The notes under the pieces: model-generated
What the model was told of the DNA's origin: nothing
Seen by the model: only the letters and a program-made list of their open reading frames with translations
The model's database searches: none
In this document: piece by piece, positions 46,801-57,901 of the stretch
Layout: the number at the start of each line of letters is the position of its first letter
How positions within the stretch are numbered: the stretch's first letter is position 1
Source: Novakomyces olei
Lineage: Eukaryota
Direction of reading: 5' to 3'
DNA length: 64,000 nucleotides
Assembly (NCBI GenBank): GCA_016906335.1
Contig: JADEYG010000007.1
Span: 2,232,001-2,296,000, forward strand
Made by a program: the position numbers and the translations under genes

Positions 46801-49336
46801 TCCGGACGGAAGCAGTTGCCGACAGGCTCGTTGCAGCGCCTTGCACACTACAGGCGAGCGACAGTACAAAATTGAGGCCGCTATAGATGGCAGCGACGAG
46901 TTGAAAGCGCTCTGCCTCCCGCTCAAAGCGCCACTCGTAAACGCTCGCCAGTGTCTCTGTCAGCAGGTCCATTGCGCTGCGTACAAACTCGGCTTTTCGC
47001 CCATAATTGGCCTCTGCACTAACGGCAGAGCCGGTATCGGCGATATCGGCCCGAAGGAGCCCCGAAAACAGGCCGACAAAGGCCGTGAGAGCTTCGAATC
47101 GGTGCTCCGGCAGTTCCAAGCCGGTCACGATACTCTCAAACCGTCCGAGGCTGTCGTGCCTGTCAAAGATAGCGATACGCAGGACCGCCTGCCATACTGC
47201 AGCAGCGGCAAAGGGCAGAATACTGGTGAGAAAAGTGAGGCCGGCAACGACCACTCGCTTACAAAGCTGCTTTTCTTTGGCAGTGCCGGCAGAGACTTGG
47301 CGCAGAGCCGAGTCTAGAATCTGTGCCACTGCGTCCAGGACAGACGTGTTTGGCTTCAGAGCATCAGCGGCCGCACGTAACGCGTATTCGCCCACTCTGG
47401 GATCCGACCGGCAAAGATTAGTAAAGAGATTGAGCACAAGGCAGACTGAGTCGTTGCCACTAGAAGAGGAGGAGGAAGAGGAAGAAAAACTAGAAGAGAA
47501 AGTGCCGTTTGAAGAGAGAGTGCCGTTTGAAGAGAAAGTGCCGTTTGAAGAGAGAGTGCCGTTTGAAGAGAAAGAGCCATTAGAAAAGTTAGAGCCAGAG
47601 AAAGTGCCGTTAGAGGCGGCCAACTCGAGAATCCGTCCATAAAAAGCCCAAGCGTTAAAAGGATAGTCCCACATGACGAGTGTAGGAGCAGCGTCAGTAG
47701 TAAGAATCCTCCCCAAAGTGCCAGCGGCAATAACCACGGCTCCACCTCCGTCCGGCCGGGCTGGGAGCAGAGTCAGATCCCGCTTTATAGCGATTAAAAC
47801 GGTGGTGGGAGGCGCGGATTCCTCTCCGACGATATCGAAATCACGGAATCCCGGTGGGATGCTGAGTGTGAACGTGGGCACGTCCGCCACGTACTCATAC
47901 ACCGCCAGCGGCGAAAGGCAGAGTGACGTCATTAGCAGTGTAAAAGAGGCGAAATCAGAGGGGAAATTGACCCTCGCTGCTGCAATTACTTGAGCAAAAT
48001 TCGAGTCGGCACTCGAGTCGGCCAAAGTGCCTTGGGCAAAGGCAATTTGGCTCAGTGTTGGTTGAGCACTAAAAAGGGCACAAGTGCCGGCAACGACGCT
48101 GGGCGAGTAGGCAACGTAGGCGAGAGCGTGCCTGATTGTCTGGGCAATCACGAGCTTATACCCGGGGACATTAGTATCCGGAGCAAGGCTGTCCACGAGT
48201 CGGCAAGTAGCGCCAAACAGGCCACTGTCTATGGCTGTTTCGATCAGCCGCTGATAGAGCCCAGGACGGTGCTGGAGGAGGCGAGTAATTGGAGCCAAAG
48301 TGGAGCTGTCATAGAGCAGAGCAGACTGGTGCAGAATGTAGCCCCATTCAAAGACGAGCAAGGGAAGAGTGGCACAGTCTTGGCAGCATTTTGCTACTGC
48401 CTCGTCCACATCGGCAACGGCTTCCGTGTCGGTAATCCATCCGCTCTGCCCGTCGTCTGCGGCAACTGTATCCGCTGCCATAATTTGCAGGGTTACAATC
48501 TGCACAAGGCCCAAGAGGGTTAGCAGATGTGATTCTAGTTGTGCATTGCACGGCTGTAGTTGGCCGGTAAGGGAGCCCGTTGACTTTAGGCAAAGGGACC
48601 ACTGTCTCACTATTGCCGGCTCTCGGCCGGGCGGAACCCAATCGTAAAAGACGAGGAAAAGAGTGCGGAGGTACTCACACTGGACACGGTAGACCATTGC
48701 CACCCACCGAGGCAGAAGAGCAGCGTCAGCTGCTACAACAGCAGGCACATTTAACGCGGCTGTTTGTGACACTGCTGTTACAAGGTGGGCGGGAAGCTTT
48801 CCGTCCTCCAGCAACTCCATGCATATCGTCTTGGCCGAAGCAGGGCCGTCATTGCCGTCACGTGCAAGTAGAAATAAATGGGCAATGGCCGATGCCATTG
48901 CCACTTTTTCCGCAATGTAAAACTCGATCGGCGACGCTTCCGCTGCGTCGGGTTCGGATCCCGATCCCGATCCCAATCCCGATCCCGATCCCGATCCACC
49001 GTCGGGGGTAGAGTACCGATCCCGATGCTGGCGCCACTGTAATACTACACATCGTGCTTCTGCCAGGGAACACGCCAGCTCTTTGGCTAAATCGCCTGCT
49101 TTTGTCTCCAGGTCATTTGCAAAGGCAAATGTATGGCCAAAGACAGCAATGCGGCCATTCGACGGAGCAGACACGTCTGACGGGTGGCAGATGGCCGTCA
49201 ATTGAGGGGTCGAGCAGTGGAGCTTTTGCTCAAGCGCACTCGTAATATTGGCCGTGCGCGGAGAGCCGTTGGGCTCTGTCAGCAGCCTGTAAAGGCCGCA
49301 CCATGACGGTACAGGCCGGCTGCCTCTGTGCTGCAT
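43892..49336 (-). CDS. NUP188: Nucleoporin Nup188/Nup184 (intronless, 1814 aa, with repeat insertions)
   Basis: GYRASLHGNLARNF...W, PSLLAYL, QKGLAILM, LHRVWSKGILPLLL motifs typical of fungal Nup188; size consistent. Confidence 0.85.
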   Translation of the reverse strand: MQHRGSRPVPSWCGLYRLLTEPNGSPRTANITSALEQKLHCSTPQLTAICHPSDVSAPSNGRIAVFGHTFAFANDLETKAGDLAKELACSLAEARCVVLQWRQHRDRYSTPDGGSGSGSGLGSGSGSEPDAAEASPIEFYIAEKVAMASAIAHLFLLARDGNDGPASAKTICMELLEDGKLPAHLVTAVSQTAALNVPAVVAADAALLPRWVAMVYRVQCEYLRTLFLVFYDWVPPGREPAIVRQWSLCLKSTGSLTGQLQPCNAQLESHLLTLLGLVQIVTLQIMAADTVAADDGQSGWITDTEAVADVDEAVAKCCQDCATLPLLVFEWGYILHQSALLYDSSTLAPITRLLQHRPGLYQRLIETAIDSGLFGATCRLVDSLAPDTNVPGYKLVIAQTIRHALAYVAYSPSVVAGTCALFSAQPTLSQIAFAQGTLADSSADSNFAQVIAAARVNFPSDFASFTLLMTSLCLSPLAVYEYVADVPTFTLSIPPGFRDFDIVGEESAPPTTVLIAIKRDLTLLPARPDGGGAVVIAAGTLGRILTTDAAPTLVMWDYPFNAWAFYGRILELAASNGTFSGSNFSNGSFSSNGTLSSNGTFSSNGTLSSNGTFSSSFSSSSSSSSSGNDSVCLVLNLFTNLCRSDPRVGEYALRAAADALKPNTSVLDAVAQILDSALRQVSAGTAKEKQLCKRVVVAGLTFLTSILPFAAAAVWQAVLRIAIFDRHDSLGRFESIVTGLELPEHRFEALTAFVGLFSGLLRADIADTGSAVSAEANYGRKAEFVRSAMDLLTETLASVYEWRFEREAERFQLVAAIYSGLNFVLSLACSVQGAATSLSATASVRTETASGLSATASVRTETLSGLSATASVRTETLSGLSATAPVLRVCVEHLAGSFLVHSAPRLIRALVHGLSGTLPAAQLYESWQTAEQEEAVEECSAFVTHLLRLRSLVSHSPTLLEQELFAAARSIVLYIDSTPMATSRAARLLSALLSARRDGSGGMPSLLAYLHEGDRAFLDCCAACLRSPYNPLRTQTDVWQMLSATIKHNQKGLAILMVASGKSRQSLDGYGSEAGSGDGSRADSRVGSSGSKADASLVQVAEECLADAEDCGKDASDGGQRYTLALAEFIMLSRNFWGASISNTQQEMPFWRRILSFIDAGNTEKGGNTGKMGNTENTENTKTTENTKTTENTKTTENTKTTENTKTTKNTAKTTTTVMSDGTLALRLFTASFAVQTCAIQCFISTQNKSVNIRKLALDPLLPQLPTLFLQGTSLHGYRASLHGNLARNFKLKWPRLALSDFAVRQKSAFTPLPQYYYDTDALRLVLTHDAAASAYLDEIEAANCNYALLDAQMALLRSWCAFALSFFALSAADSRLLPTALALGSMALQAIGDEPYDIQFARPAIVERSKVVFALANLLQVVPARSLKRDQVEGLAAHIWRVLSSPKLALLAHAEAGDLSLLRLLLQSLYAALELCRSLTGSEVSSGTEVQPGTGTSSGTELQPGTGTSSGTEVQPGTGTSSGTDSLRGLRLSIFDQYVCRAGRSVFLSVAGKQADGSLADAALLAAMCEAVLADGSTSAIANELALVLAASGAVRSALAAFSTAQYDVAQVAIEYLATLSYTPQLSEQVAAERAFTVITESGIGRVIQRGGVRPETRPSLHRVWSKGILPLLLNTANHLGPRLVADVAGVLRNFDAQVQTLLSAWTALESLSVPLIDETLLLALLLEKVDRLWRPSAAYRQTVKDVHAAVCYLQTHPKFLASLARPMTSDEHFLASRSGRAGDEPNAFVRKVAHDVDLLGSVLGPIVAGFGA

Positions 49337-51295
49337 TTATTCCCGGCTGCTTGCGAGCCTTAGCCGATCATTTGGCCGCGATGGTCGAAGCCTGTCGTCT
49401 TTTGCCCTCGAATTGTGTTTATTTTTATTTAATCAAAAGTTTACAGTGCCAAACCACACGATTCGGTTGTTGTATAATAAAACATACTTGTTCACGTGGA
49501 CAATATAGACATACACTGTTTATTTGTTTAGTATTGTGTACTTATAACTTACGTAATTTAACGTACTTTTGATCTAGTAATTGCTTAAATTTGTGTAGAG
49601 AAAATAAGTAGTCTATACCATTTTTACCATTTCTACCATTTTTACCATTTGTACTATTACCATTGTATCTGGTGAATTATTTGTATTTTGAAGCTCGAAC
49701 GATTAATATTGTAATGATCCCCCACTCAGGGGCGCGATCAGGGATATGTAAATATAAATATAAATATAGATCTGGTAATGACAGAATTGGAGGATGTTTC
49801 AGTGAATAGTGTAGTGTATAGGCAGAATTATCCATGTGAAGACAGAATTATTTCACAGAAATATAGTTAAAATTTTATATAGTCACTTCTCAACACCACT
49901 TATACCATTTATACAATTATCATTATATCATTCATGTACGGAATTAAACATCGACACCTTTTGGTTAATGTTTTATTGCTGCATTATTCTTTTTACTGTA
50001 ATTTGCAAAGTGCCGTATTGCTTCTAGTGGAAATATCATACATTGGACTCGTCTCGCCATACCTTTTTTCTGACGTCTAAAACACATTACAAGAATCCTC
50101 ATCTATTGCAATTGAGCCTTGTCAGTCTAATATATACGTCCACCGATCTTTCAAATAGTGCAGAGCACACTTTACTTGTGCCCCAGCTGACGTCTTGTTA
50201 CCGTAAATTGGCACGCGCCTTGTCCCTAAAAGATCACCCTATTCGAAAGAATATAGAAATGAAACACGCTATAGCGAATTACAGCAATCTTTATGGGAGC
50301 CATCGTTCGGCAATGGTCCATCCGTTCTAGTCAGCCACAACGCAGGTACCTGTCAAGCAAGTATTACCAATTGATTTATGTACCATAAATCCCCGGAAAC
50401 AATATGTTTCATCTACAGTGTCAAGACCGATGTCATTCCTCCCGTGCCAAATTATCTTGCGACTCTACAGTACTAATCATACAGCCACTCGGATTTGTAT
50501 GGGCGAACGCTTAATTATGCAGCGTAATTTTCATCAGGGTACACTCGCTTATTTTGACCGCGTATTCTATACCGCTGATCCCTGGTTATCTCGTCCAATA
50601 ACCAATATCCAAAATTAACCCGGTACCAGGGCGCTTATTTATTTCTGATTGATCACGCTTAAACCCACGCAGGAGGACTGGTAAAATGAGCCAGATAAGG
50701 GCTGAGGCGGTTCAGGCAGATTATGGGGCTTTATTCAGTCTATTCATTCAGTCAGATTAGCTTAGTAGCATCATTGCGCAAGCAATGTTGACGGCAACGG
50801 CCGTTATATGTATTAATTAAATTATACGTATCCTAAAATCATACGTACTTATAACGCTGTACGCAATTATTATACCAGAGCAAGCTATAAATTACATTGT
50901 ATTTAATTAATTGGACAACAGAAACCTTTTACTACTACTGCACGGATAACGGTTCCGCGGTACGTACTCCGACGAGCAATACAATACTGCGCCGTCTGTC
51001 CCGTGGACAACTTGCAAATCCTTTAACCCTAATGCTCATATTCGCTTACATCATCGTTGCCGTGTAGAAATTAGCCAAGTGTGTGTAGATCGAAATGGCT
51101 TGTTTCCACGCACTTTAGACGTCGCGTATCTTGACTGCAGAGCGATAAGAGAAATAGAATAGAGAAAATCTCCGGTTCCCAATACGGTAATAGTGCGATA
51201 ATACGTGGGCGGGAAAGATGTAATGCTGGAGGCGGCGGCCTCGACTATAAAGGCGAAACCAGCAGACTGACGAGAGACTGACGAGAGCAGTAGCA

Positions 51296-53013
51296 ATGAA
51301 TATGGCACAAGAAAAACTGGAGACCTCTGCGCCTTATGAGACTGGCAAGGAGGACGGCCAGCGGTATGAGCAATCAAGCAAAGACGACGTCGAGTCTGGC
51401 AGTGTGCAGGAGAGACCGGATCCTAATATAGAGAAAAAGGTCGTCCGCAAGATGGATATGACCATTATTCCTACTGTGACTTTTGTGTTTTTTGCCTGGT
51501 AGGTTTGATATGGCGGATTCCGATCGTGCTCGATTTTTCATTTTGTCTCTTGCTTTTTTTGATAGTCGTACTTGACGTTTTATATTCTTTTATTCCTTCG
51601 AGGTACTTGGCATTGTATCAGACCTGTTCATTTGTTTCAATTATTCTCCTATTTAACTAAACTCGCGTTTGGCTTTTTCTAACTTTTAGCATGCTGGACA
51701 GAGCCAACCTGAACAATGCAAAAACGAATGAGCAGTTCAACAGAGATATTGTGCTTGTAGGCAACCAGTTCAACATCGTTCTTTCCCTGTACTACGTACC
51801 CTACCTTTTATGTGCGCCGCCACTAGTACTGCTGCTGAAACGGGTCGGTGCCGCTATTACTATTGCCGGCACGACGTTTATCTTTGGCGCACTCGCTGTC
51901 CTGACTATTCTGTGCCATAACTTTGCTGGCCTTTTGGTCATTCGCATGTTCCTGGGCGGAGCTGAAAGCTTAGTATTCCCGGGAGTCGTCTTCTACCTCG
52001 GCTCCTTTTACCGCAGAGGCGAATTAGCCCGCAGGATTGCCGTTTTCTACGCAGGCGACCAGATCGCTGGTGCCTTTACCGGGCTCATTGCCTACGGATC
52101 TTTCCGTATCGGCAGCCAAACAGTTGCTGGCTGGAAGATTATGTTTCTTATTGAGGGCTTTGCCAGTATTCTGGGGTCTCTTTTTTGTCTCTTCCTGCTC
52201 CCACGCAGCACGGAAACGGCTTGGTTCTTCAACGCTGAGGAGAAAAAAGTGGCAAAGCTTCGTGTCCTGCAAGACGCAAACAGCAATGTACAGAATGAGC
52301 CGGTGAATTGGAGGCGAGACTGCCGAGTGTTCAGGTCTCCGCTTGTAATTGCCTGGGCACTGGCCTACATGCTTCTAGGAGTACCGCTTTTTTCAACCTC
52401 TACCTGGTTCCCTCAGCTAGTCGGATCATTAGGGTTTAGTACACTGCGTACTAACCTCTACACATTCGCTCCCAATATTGTGGCCACTATATACCTCGTG
52501 GCGGTAGCAGTGAGCTCTGATTTCTTCAAGGAGCGCACGCTTCACATTGTGTTCCCCATTGTCCTGTGTATGGTCGGGTTCATTATCCTGGCCTGCATTG
52601 ATCCCTCGCAAAATGCCTCGCAGGTCGGTGTGGGATACTTTAGCTGTTATCTGCTGGCAATGGGGAACCATACACCTTCGCCTCTATTCGCCGCCTGGAT
52701 CAGTAACAATATAGTATCAGAGAACGAGCGGAGCCTGGCGAGTCCGGTGCTGATCACACTTGCTAATTCTATGGGGCTGGTCGCCTCCAATATTTTCTTT
52801 GCCAACGAGGCACCAAGGTACTTGACCGCTCTTTACATCAATATTGCTTGTGGCGCGGCCTCTCTCACTCTAGTCCTTGGCATCGGCGCGTGGATGAGGT
52901 GGGAGAATCGCCGACGTGATCGCCTGATCGGCCACCATCTGTCGCCGCAGGCGGTCGCGACTCAAGACTTGGTGGGAGGTACCAGGGACATGCGGTTTAG
53001 ATACATGGCCTGA
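51296..53013 (+). CDS. MFS transporter, anion:cation symporter family (Dal5/Tna1/Vht1-like; intron 51499-51689)
   Basis: EKKVVRKMDMTIIP, LDRANLNNAK, IRMFLGGAE, FYRRGELARRIAVFY, GWKIMFLIEG, WENRRRD, FRY C-terminus; ~12 hydrophobic segments. Confidence 0.93.
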
Positions 53014-53630
53014 GCGAGGTCAAGGGCTTGGACGCTGGTTTTCACATTGTTTAGATGCTTTCACATTGTTTAGATGACTAATTATTTGTTAGAATACACA
53101 TTTTGCAAGCTGCCAGGTGAAGCAGAGCAAGTAGACTTTTACAATCCCCTCTGCCAGTGCATCACCTGCTCCAGAATTATCAAGAATTATTAGGATTCAC
53201 CTGCTGATAGATAACTGTTCAACATTAGGGTTAGGATTAAGATTCGAAATTTATAAACCCTAACCCTAGGCATACCTGTGTGCAGATGACATATACAAAC
53301 TATGACATAGCGTCATGTAACGCTGCGTGCGGCTCTCAAAGAAGCCAAAAGTGCTTCACAAATAGGCCTTTACTCCATTGTTGGCGGCATTGCAAGTTAT
53401 CAGCCAAGCGTTTGCGGCTTGGCTGTCTATTCCAGAATAGGCGAACCCCCCACAAAATCACGAAAAAGACTCCATTTCGGGCGTAAGCGTACGGCCTTTA
53501 ATAGCACAAACCAGTATCCACGTTGTCTCCATCGGCAATCAAAACGTGGCTGCATGATATCATCGTCTCTTGGCATAATGCAATGCTGGTATATATCCTA
53601 AGCAGTCTCATAAACAACCCCGCAGACGCG

Positions 53631-54599
53631 ATGCAGCGGTTTCTGTGGTGGACACTCGCCTCCATCCTGCAATTCACTCACGGCAGCGCTTCCGGCAGCG
53701 GTCCTGGTATCGGGAACGGTGCCGATAGCTACTCGGGACGCGTTCCGTGGAACGCGTCGCGAGGCGGCCTTGTCGGTATCGAACGCATCGATTACGGCAA
53801 CTATCCCGAGTTGCAAGGCGGCCTTTTAAGGGACGTTTTCCCCGTCAATGTTCACAGTCACAATGACTATTTTCGAGACGTCCCTCTGCTAGACGCTCTC
53901 AGCTACGGATGCGTATCCGTTGAGGCAGACGTGTTTTACGAGTCACAGCAGCTGTTGGTGGGCCATCAGCGGTCTTCATTAACACTGGAACGGACTTTGG
54001 CTTCACTATACTTGGATCCTTTGCTGGATATCTTGGACGAGCGCAATCGCAACCAGTCCTCTGTATCTGGTGTCTTTGATCCCGATCCAGAGCAAGAGCT
54101 CTTCCTCTTTATCGACGTAAAATCTGAGCCTAATGCGACATGGACGGCAGTCATTGAAGCACTTGAGCCTCTCCGAGATGGCGGCTACCTCACCACTTTG
54201 CGTAATGGACGCATAAACAAAAGTGCCATTACAGTGATCGGCACGGGAGCCGTTCCGGCCGAGTTTATCTTTGGACAGCAAACGCGCGACTATTTTGTAG
54301 ACGCTCCACTGCAGGATTTATCTGGGTCCCAGTGGACAAATCTGACGTCACCAGTAGCCAGTACAAGTTTCCGGCAGGCGATTGGCTGGACGGGAGTGCG
54401 TCCCGCGGGTAATAACACAATAACGCGTATCACTGATTTAGTGGCGGCCGCCCACTCGCGCGGGATGATTGCGCGGTTCTGGGATACGCCTACTTGGCCA
54501 GTTTACGCTCGCAATGCCGTATGGCGGCAGTTGGCCGAGATTGGAGACGGTCAGGATCTGATTAATATGGACGATTTGCGGTTGGTGCATGAATTTTAA
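53631..54599 (+). CDS. AIM6: AIM6-like PLC-like phosphodiesterase with signal peptide
   Basis: VHSHNDY..DVPLLDALSYGCVSVEADV, LLVGH, LYLDPL, LFIDVK, ARFWDTPTWP; start placed at ATG 53631 (MQRFLWW...). Confidence 0.88.
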   Translation: MQRFLWWTLASILQFTHGSASGSGPGIGNGADSYSGRVPWNASRGGLVGIERIDYGNYPELQGGLLRDVFPVNVHSHNDYFRDVPLLDALSYGCVSVEADVFYESQQLLVGHQRSSLTLERTLASLYLDPLLDILDERNRNQSSVSGVFDPDPEQELFLFIDVKSEPNATWTAVIEALEPLRDGGYLTTLRNGRINKSAITVIGTGAVPAEFIFGQQTRDYFVDAPLQDLSGSQWTNLTSPVASTSFRQAIGWTGVRPAGNNTITRITDLVAAAHSRGMIARFWDTPTWPVYARNAVWRQLAEIGDGQDLINMDDLRLVHEF

Positions 54600-54636
54600 T
54601 GAGGGCCTTGACTTGGCGAGATTTAAAAAAAAAAAA

Positions 54637-54935
<299 letters not shown>

Positions 54936-55047
54936 ATACTCGCACGGCAGGCAGGCAGATATGGATACAAGAAATGAATTAACAATGTAATATCTAGACT
55001 CGGAAATAATATACAAACTCGAATTCGCCTCCAAAGCAATACAAACC

Positions 55048-57762
55048 CTAACTGCCCGACGACAGCCGTCTCTGATTGTCCACCAGCTGCTTCAAATCCT
55101 GTTCGCTACTGATCCGTTTATCAAACAGACGCTCGCGCAGCTCTGTACCGGAAAGCTGCCGAATGTACTCGAGCAGTTCCTGCTCACTCGCGTCCAGTCG
55201 CTTGTTCTCAGCCAGCGCCTGCTGCTCTCTCTGCAAGATAGGGTTAAGCGTCTTTGACACGAACGAATTGACACGGTGGATCTCTCCTTCTTCCAGCTCG
55301 TACGCTCTTGATTGATCTGCAGTGAGTGAATGATGGTGGTAATTGTGCGGGTCTTTTGCACTCACAGACTCTGTTGCATCGTCACTCCGATCATCACTGG
55401 CTCCATCGTCACTTGAATCGAAATACTCGTCAATGCTTGCATGAGCAAGAGCAGCAGCCGGACCTCTATCCGGCTTAGCTGCTGCTGCCATCGGCAACGT
55501 TGCCGACGGTGGGGGACAGGCTCCGGGATAGTGAGCGGCAAACTGGCTCAACAGCTTTTCCAGTGTAACATTTACAAATAAAAGCCGGGTAAAAGTAACG
55601 CTCGTATCATCAGGCGAAAACGACCGCAGAGCCGGCTGAATACGTTCCTTTATACGCCGAGCTCTCTGTACCAGGTCTTTAGAGACATCAGCGGCTCCAT
55701 CGTCCTGGCAGCTCAGTACGACATCCAGCACTTTAGCCAGTCCAGTTCCGCCCTCGATAAGATCGCCAGCCAGGGACTTTGATCTTGCTCGTGAGGCGCC
55801 TGCAGCACTGTTCACGCTATTGCTATTAAACAGCCGTCTTTGCCGGACTTGGTCAGTGTCAATAGGCTGCACTGAAGCCTCCCTGTTCTCCATGTTTCTC
55901 AAACAGTACCCGACCAGCCGTCTCTGCAACCTTTCTGCCCTTTCTCCCTCAAAATTGCCGCCAATTTCAACGGCAAAAAGACTCTTGCTGGCCCGGGCAG
56001 CAGCACAAAGAGAGGTCAGGGCACTGATATCCATGCCGTCATCGTTGCCGGAAAAGTTTACGGTACAGCACAGCTTTGATTGGCCGATATAATAATGGCA
56101 AATCGATATTATATGCTCTGAGCAAAGGCCACAGTCCGACATTATAACGTTACGCAGAATTGGCAGCTTCAACAAGCTCCGTGCAAGCGTAACTGCTGTC
56201 GCAATACTGCTGCCTGTGAAAAGTGGGGCATTGCTGCCCACGTCGATACATCGAAAATTGGGCAGAATGGCCAAATGGTCCAGAAAGGCACAAAGCTGGT
56301 CCGCTGTCACGTGGCAGTTTTGCAATACTAATCGGAGCAGCGATCCGTTGGCCCTCATTCCGGGAGCGAGTCCCGTTACTAGAATACTGCCAATATTATT
56401 GCCAGACAAGTCCAAGTGGGTTACACCAGAGACCGTGTTTTTAACCCTTTCCCTACTGACCCCGGATCCACTTCCGGTGCCGATAATTTCATTATCGGCA
56501 TCGATTTCCGTGCTCAGCTGCTCGCCCTCGACGGGCCAAAGGGCCCAAAGCGCCTCCAGTTCTGCACTCTGGAACCCGTTCTGCTTCAAGGACACAGAGC
56601 GTACGGGCCTGTCCCGAAGTTCGGGAACGATTACCGTCAGCTGTTGAGCTTGCAATTGGCATTCGTCTAGAGAAATTTGTTGGATAGCTGTTCCAGTGCG
56701 GATGGTGCTGGCCAGTAAACGCGCTCTCTCATCATCAATCGGCAGTCCAGAGAGATTAATTGCCTTTAGGCAAGGGTACATTTGCATACAGTACAATGCG
56801 TACCTGAAGCCACGGACAGTCAGCTGGGGATTAGAAGAGACATGGAGAGTCTGTAAATTTGCAGAGCAAAAGACGCTTGCCAGCAGGACACGTAGAGACT
56901 CGTCTGCAAGAGAACAGCCAGATAAACTCAGCTCTTCCAAATGATCTCCCACTACGGGCAGAGCCAAAAAGTCTCCTACAACAACAGCATCTTCAACCCG
57001 ACTCAAATCTATGTGGGATAAATCGATAAACTTCTTTGGCCTGTCCCTGTTATACCCGGTAATCCGATCCGAGATTTGTGCTAAATGCTTTCCGCCACGT
57101 ACGCGCACACAGTGGGCATAAATCTCTGAAAAGTCACGGCTGGTGCTTTTAAGCTTAGGGATCCTTCTGTAAACCCCAATGGGCCTGGGGCCGGCGGGTA
57201 AACTGCTCTTTGCACGGGCAGTTTCCCCTTTGCTGCCGAGATCAGAAGGCGAGGCGGATCTCGTCCGGCTCGGAATATCAATAGCCACACTTGTTGCTGA
57301 GGAAGAAGGGGCACGGGCACCCGTGGACGAAAGATTGACGTTATCCGATTCAGTACCATCCGAATCATCAGAGTCGTAAACCGTGCGATGAACCTCAACG
57401 AGATTATCTATACGAAAACATACGCGCCGCATATTAATGCTGCGTAGCTCTTCGACTCCCGGCCGACGTCGGTCAGGATTACGATTAAGTAGCCGTCTCG
57501 GCAAAGTAGCCACTGCAGCTTCAGCGCCATTTATACCACTGCCTGAACGAGCAGAGGACGATGTTCCAGAATTTGATAGTTTTTTAAAGGACGAAAAGAA
57601 GCCGCCACTGCTGCGAGGCGATTGGTTCTCGGGAGAGGTACTGGCCGCCCTTCGTCCGAACCATTTCTTGGAACTGCCGTTGCCGTTGCCACTGGACGAT
57701 CCGGGTCCTCGAGCGGGCACAGTCTGCGGAGCAGATTGTGTCACGGAAGACTCGTTTTCTTC
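55048..57762 (-). CDS. RNI-like leucine-rich-repeat protein with RVxF motif (Mhp1/Gip3/Her1-like PP1 regulator); further 5' exons likely to ~58121
   Basis: LNRNP.R...RRVCF, repeated LxxLxLSxNx units (LEELSLSGC, LQTLHVSSN, VTHLDLSGNNI); upstream CTAAT...CAG acceptor; 5' exon phase not resolved. Confidence 0.75.
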   Translation of the reverse strand, partial: EENESSVTQSAPQTVPARGPGSSSGNGNGSSKKWFGRRAASTSPENQSPRSSGGFFSSFKKLSNSGTSSSARSGSGINGAEAAVATLPRRLLNRNPDRRRPGVEELRSINMRRVCFRIDNLVEVHRTVYDSDDSDGTESDNVNLSSTGARAPSSSATSVAIDIPSRTRSASPSDLGSKGETARAKSSLPAGPRPIGVYRRIPKLKSTSRDFSEIYAHCVRVRGGKHLAQISDRITGYNRDRPKKFIDLSHIDLSRVEDAVVVGDFLALPVVGDHLEELSLSGCSLADESLRVLLASVFCSANLQTLHVSSNPQLTVRGFRYALYCMQMYPCLKAINLSGLPIDDERARLLASTIRTGTAIQQISLDECQLQAQQLTVIVPELRDRPVRSVSLKQNGFQSAELEALWALWPVEGEQLSTEIDADNEIIGTGSGSGVSRERVKNTVSGVTHLDLSGNNIGSILVTGLAPGMRANGSLLRLVLQNCHVTADQLCAFLDHLAILPNFRCIDVGSNAPLFTGSSIATAVTLARSLLKLPILRNVIMSDCGLCSEHIISICHYYIGQSKLCCTVNFSGNDDGMDISALTSLCAAARASKSLFAVEIGGNFEGERAERLQRRLVGYCLRNMENREASVQPIDTDQVRQRRLFNSNSVNSAAGASRARSKSLAGDLIEGGTGLAKVLDVVLSCQDDGAADVSKDLVQRARRIKERIQPALRSFSPDDTSVTFTRLLFVNVTLEKLLSQFAAHYPGACPPPSATLPMAAAAKPDRGPAAALAHASIDEYFDSSDDGASDDRSDDATESVSAKDPHNYHHHSLTADQSRAYELEEGEIHRVNSFVSKTLNPILQREQQALAENKRLDASEQELLEYIRQLSGTELRERLFDKRISSEQDLKQLVDNQRRLSSGS

Positions 57763-57794
57763 TGGCCATTAGAATACACGGAGATTCAACACAC

Positions 57795-57901
<107 letters not shown>

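Noticed and set aside
44763..46825. Palindromic 36/42-bp repeats as a CRISPR array
   Set aside because: Units are contiguous with no unique spacers, lie in frame in a eukaryotic gene, and no cas genes are present.
49710..49927. Possible solo LTR (TGTAATGAT...ATCATTATA)
   Set aside because: Terminal inverted repeat is imperfect, no TSD is evident and there is no second copy in the window.
51499..51689. TPP riboswitch in the transporter intron
   Set aside because: No CTGAGA or TGAT..GG.TAAT..CAGCG core motifs.
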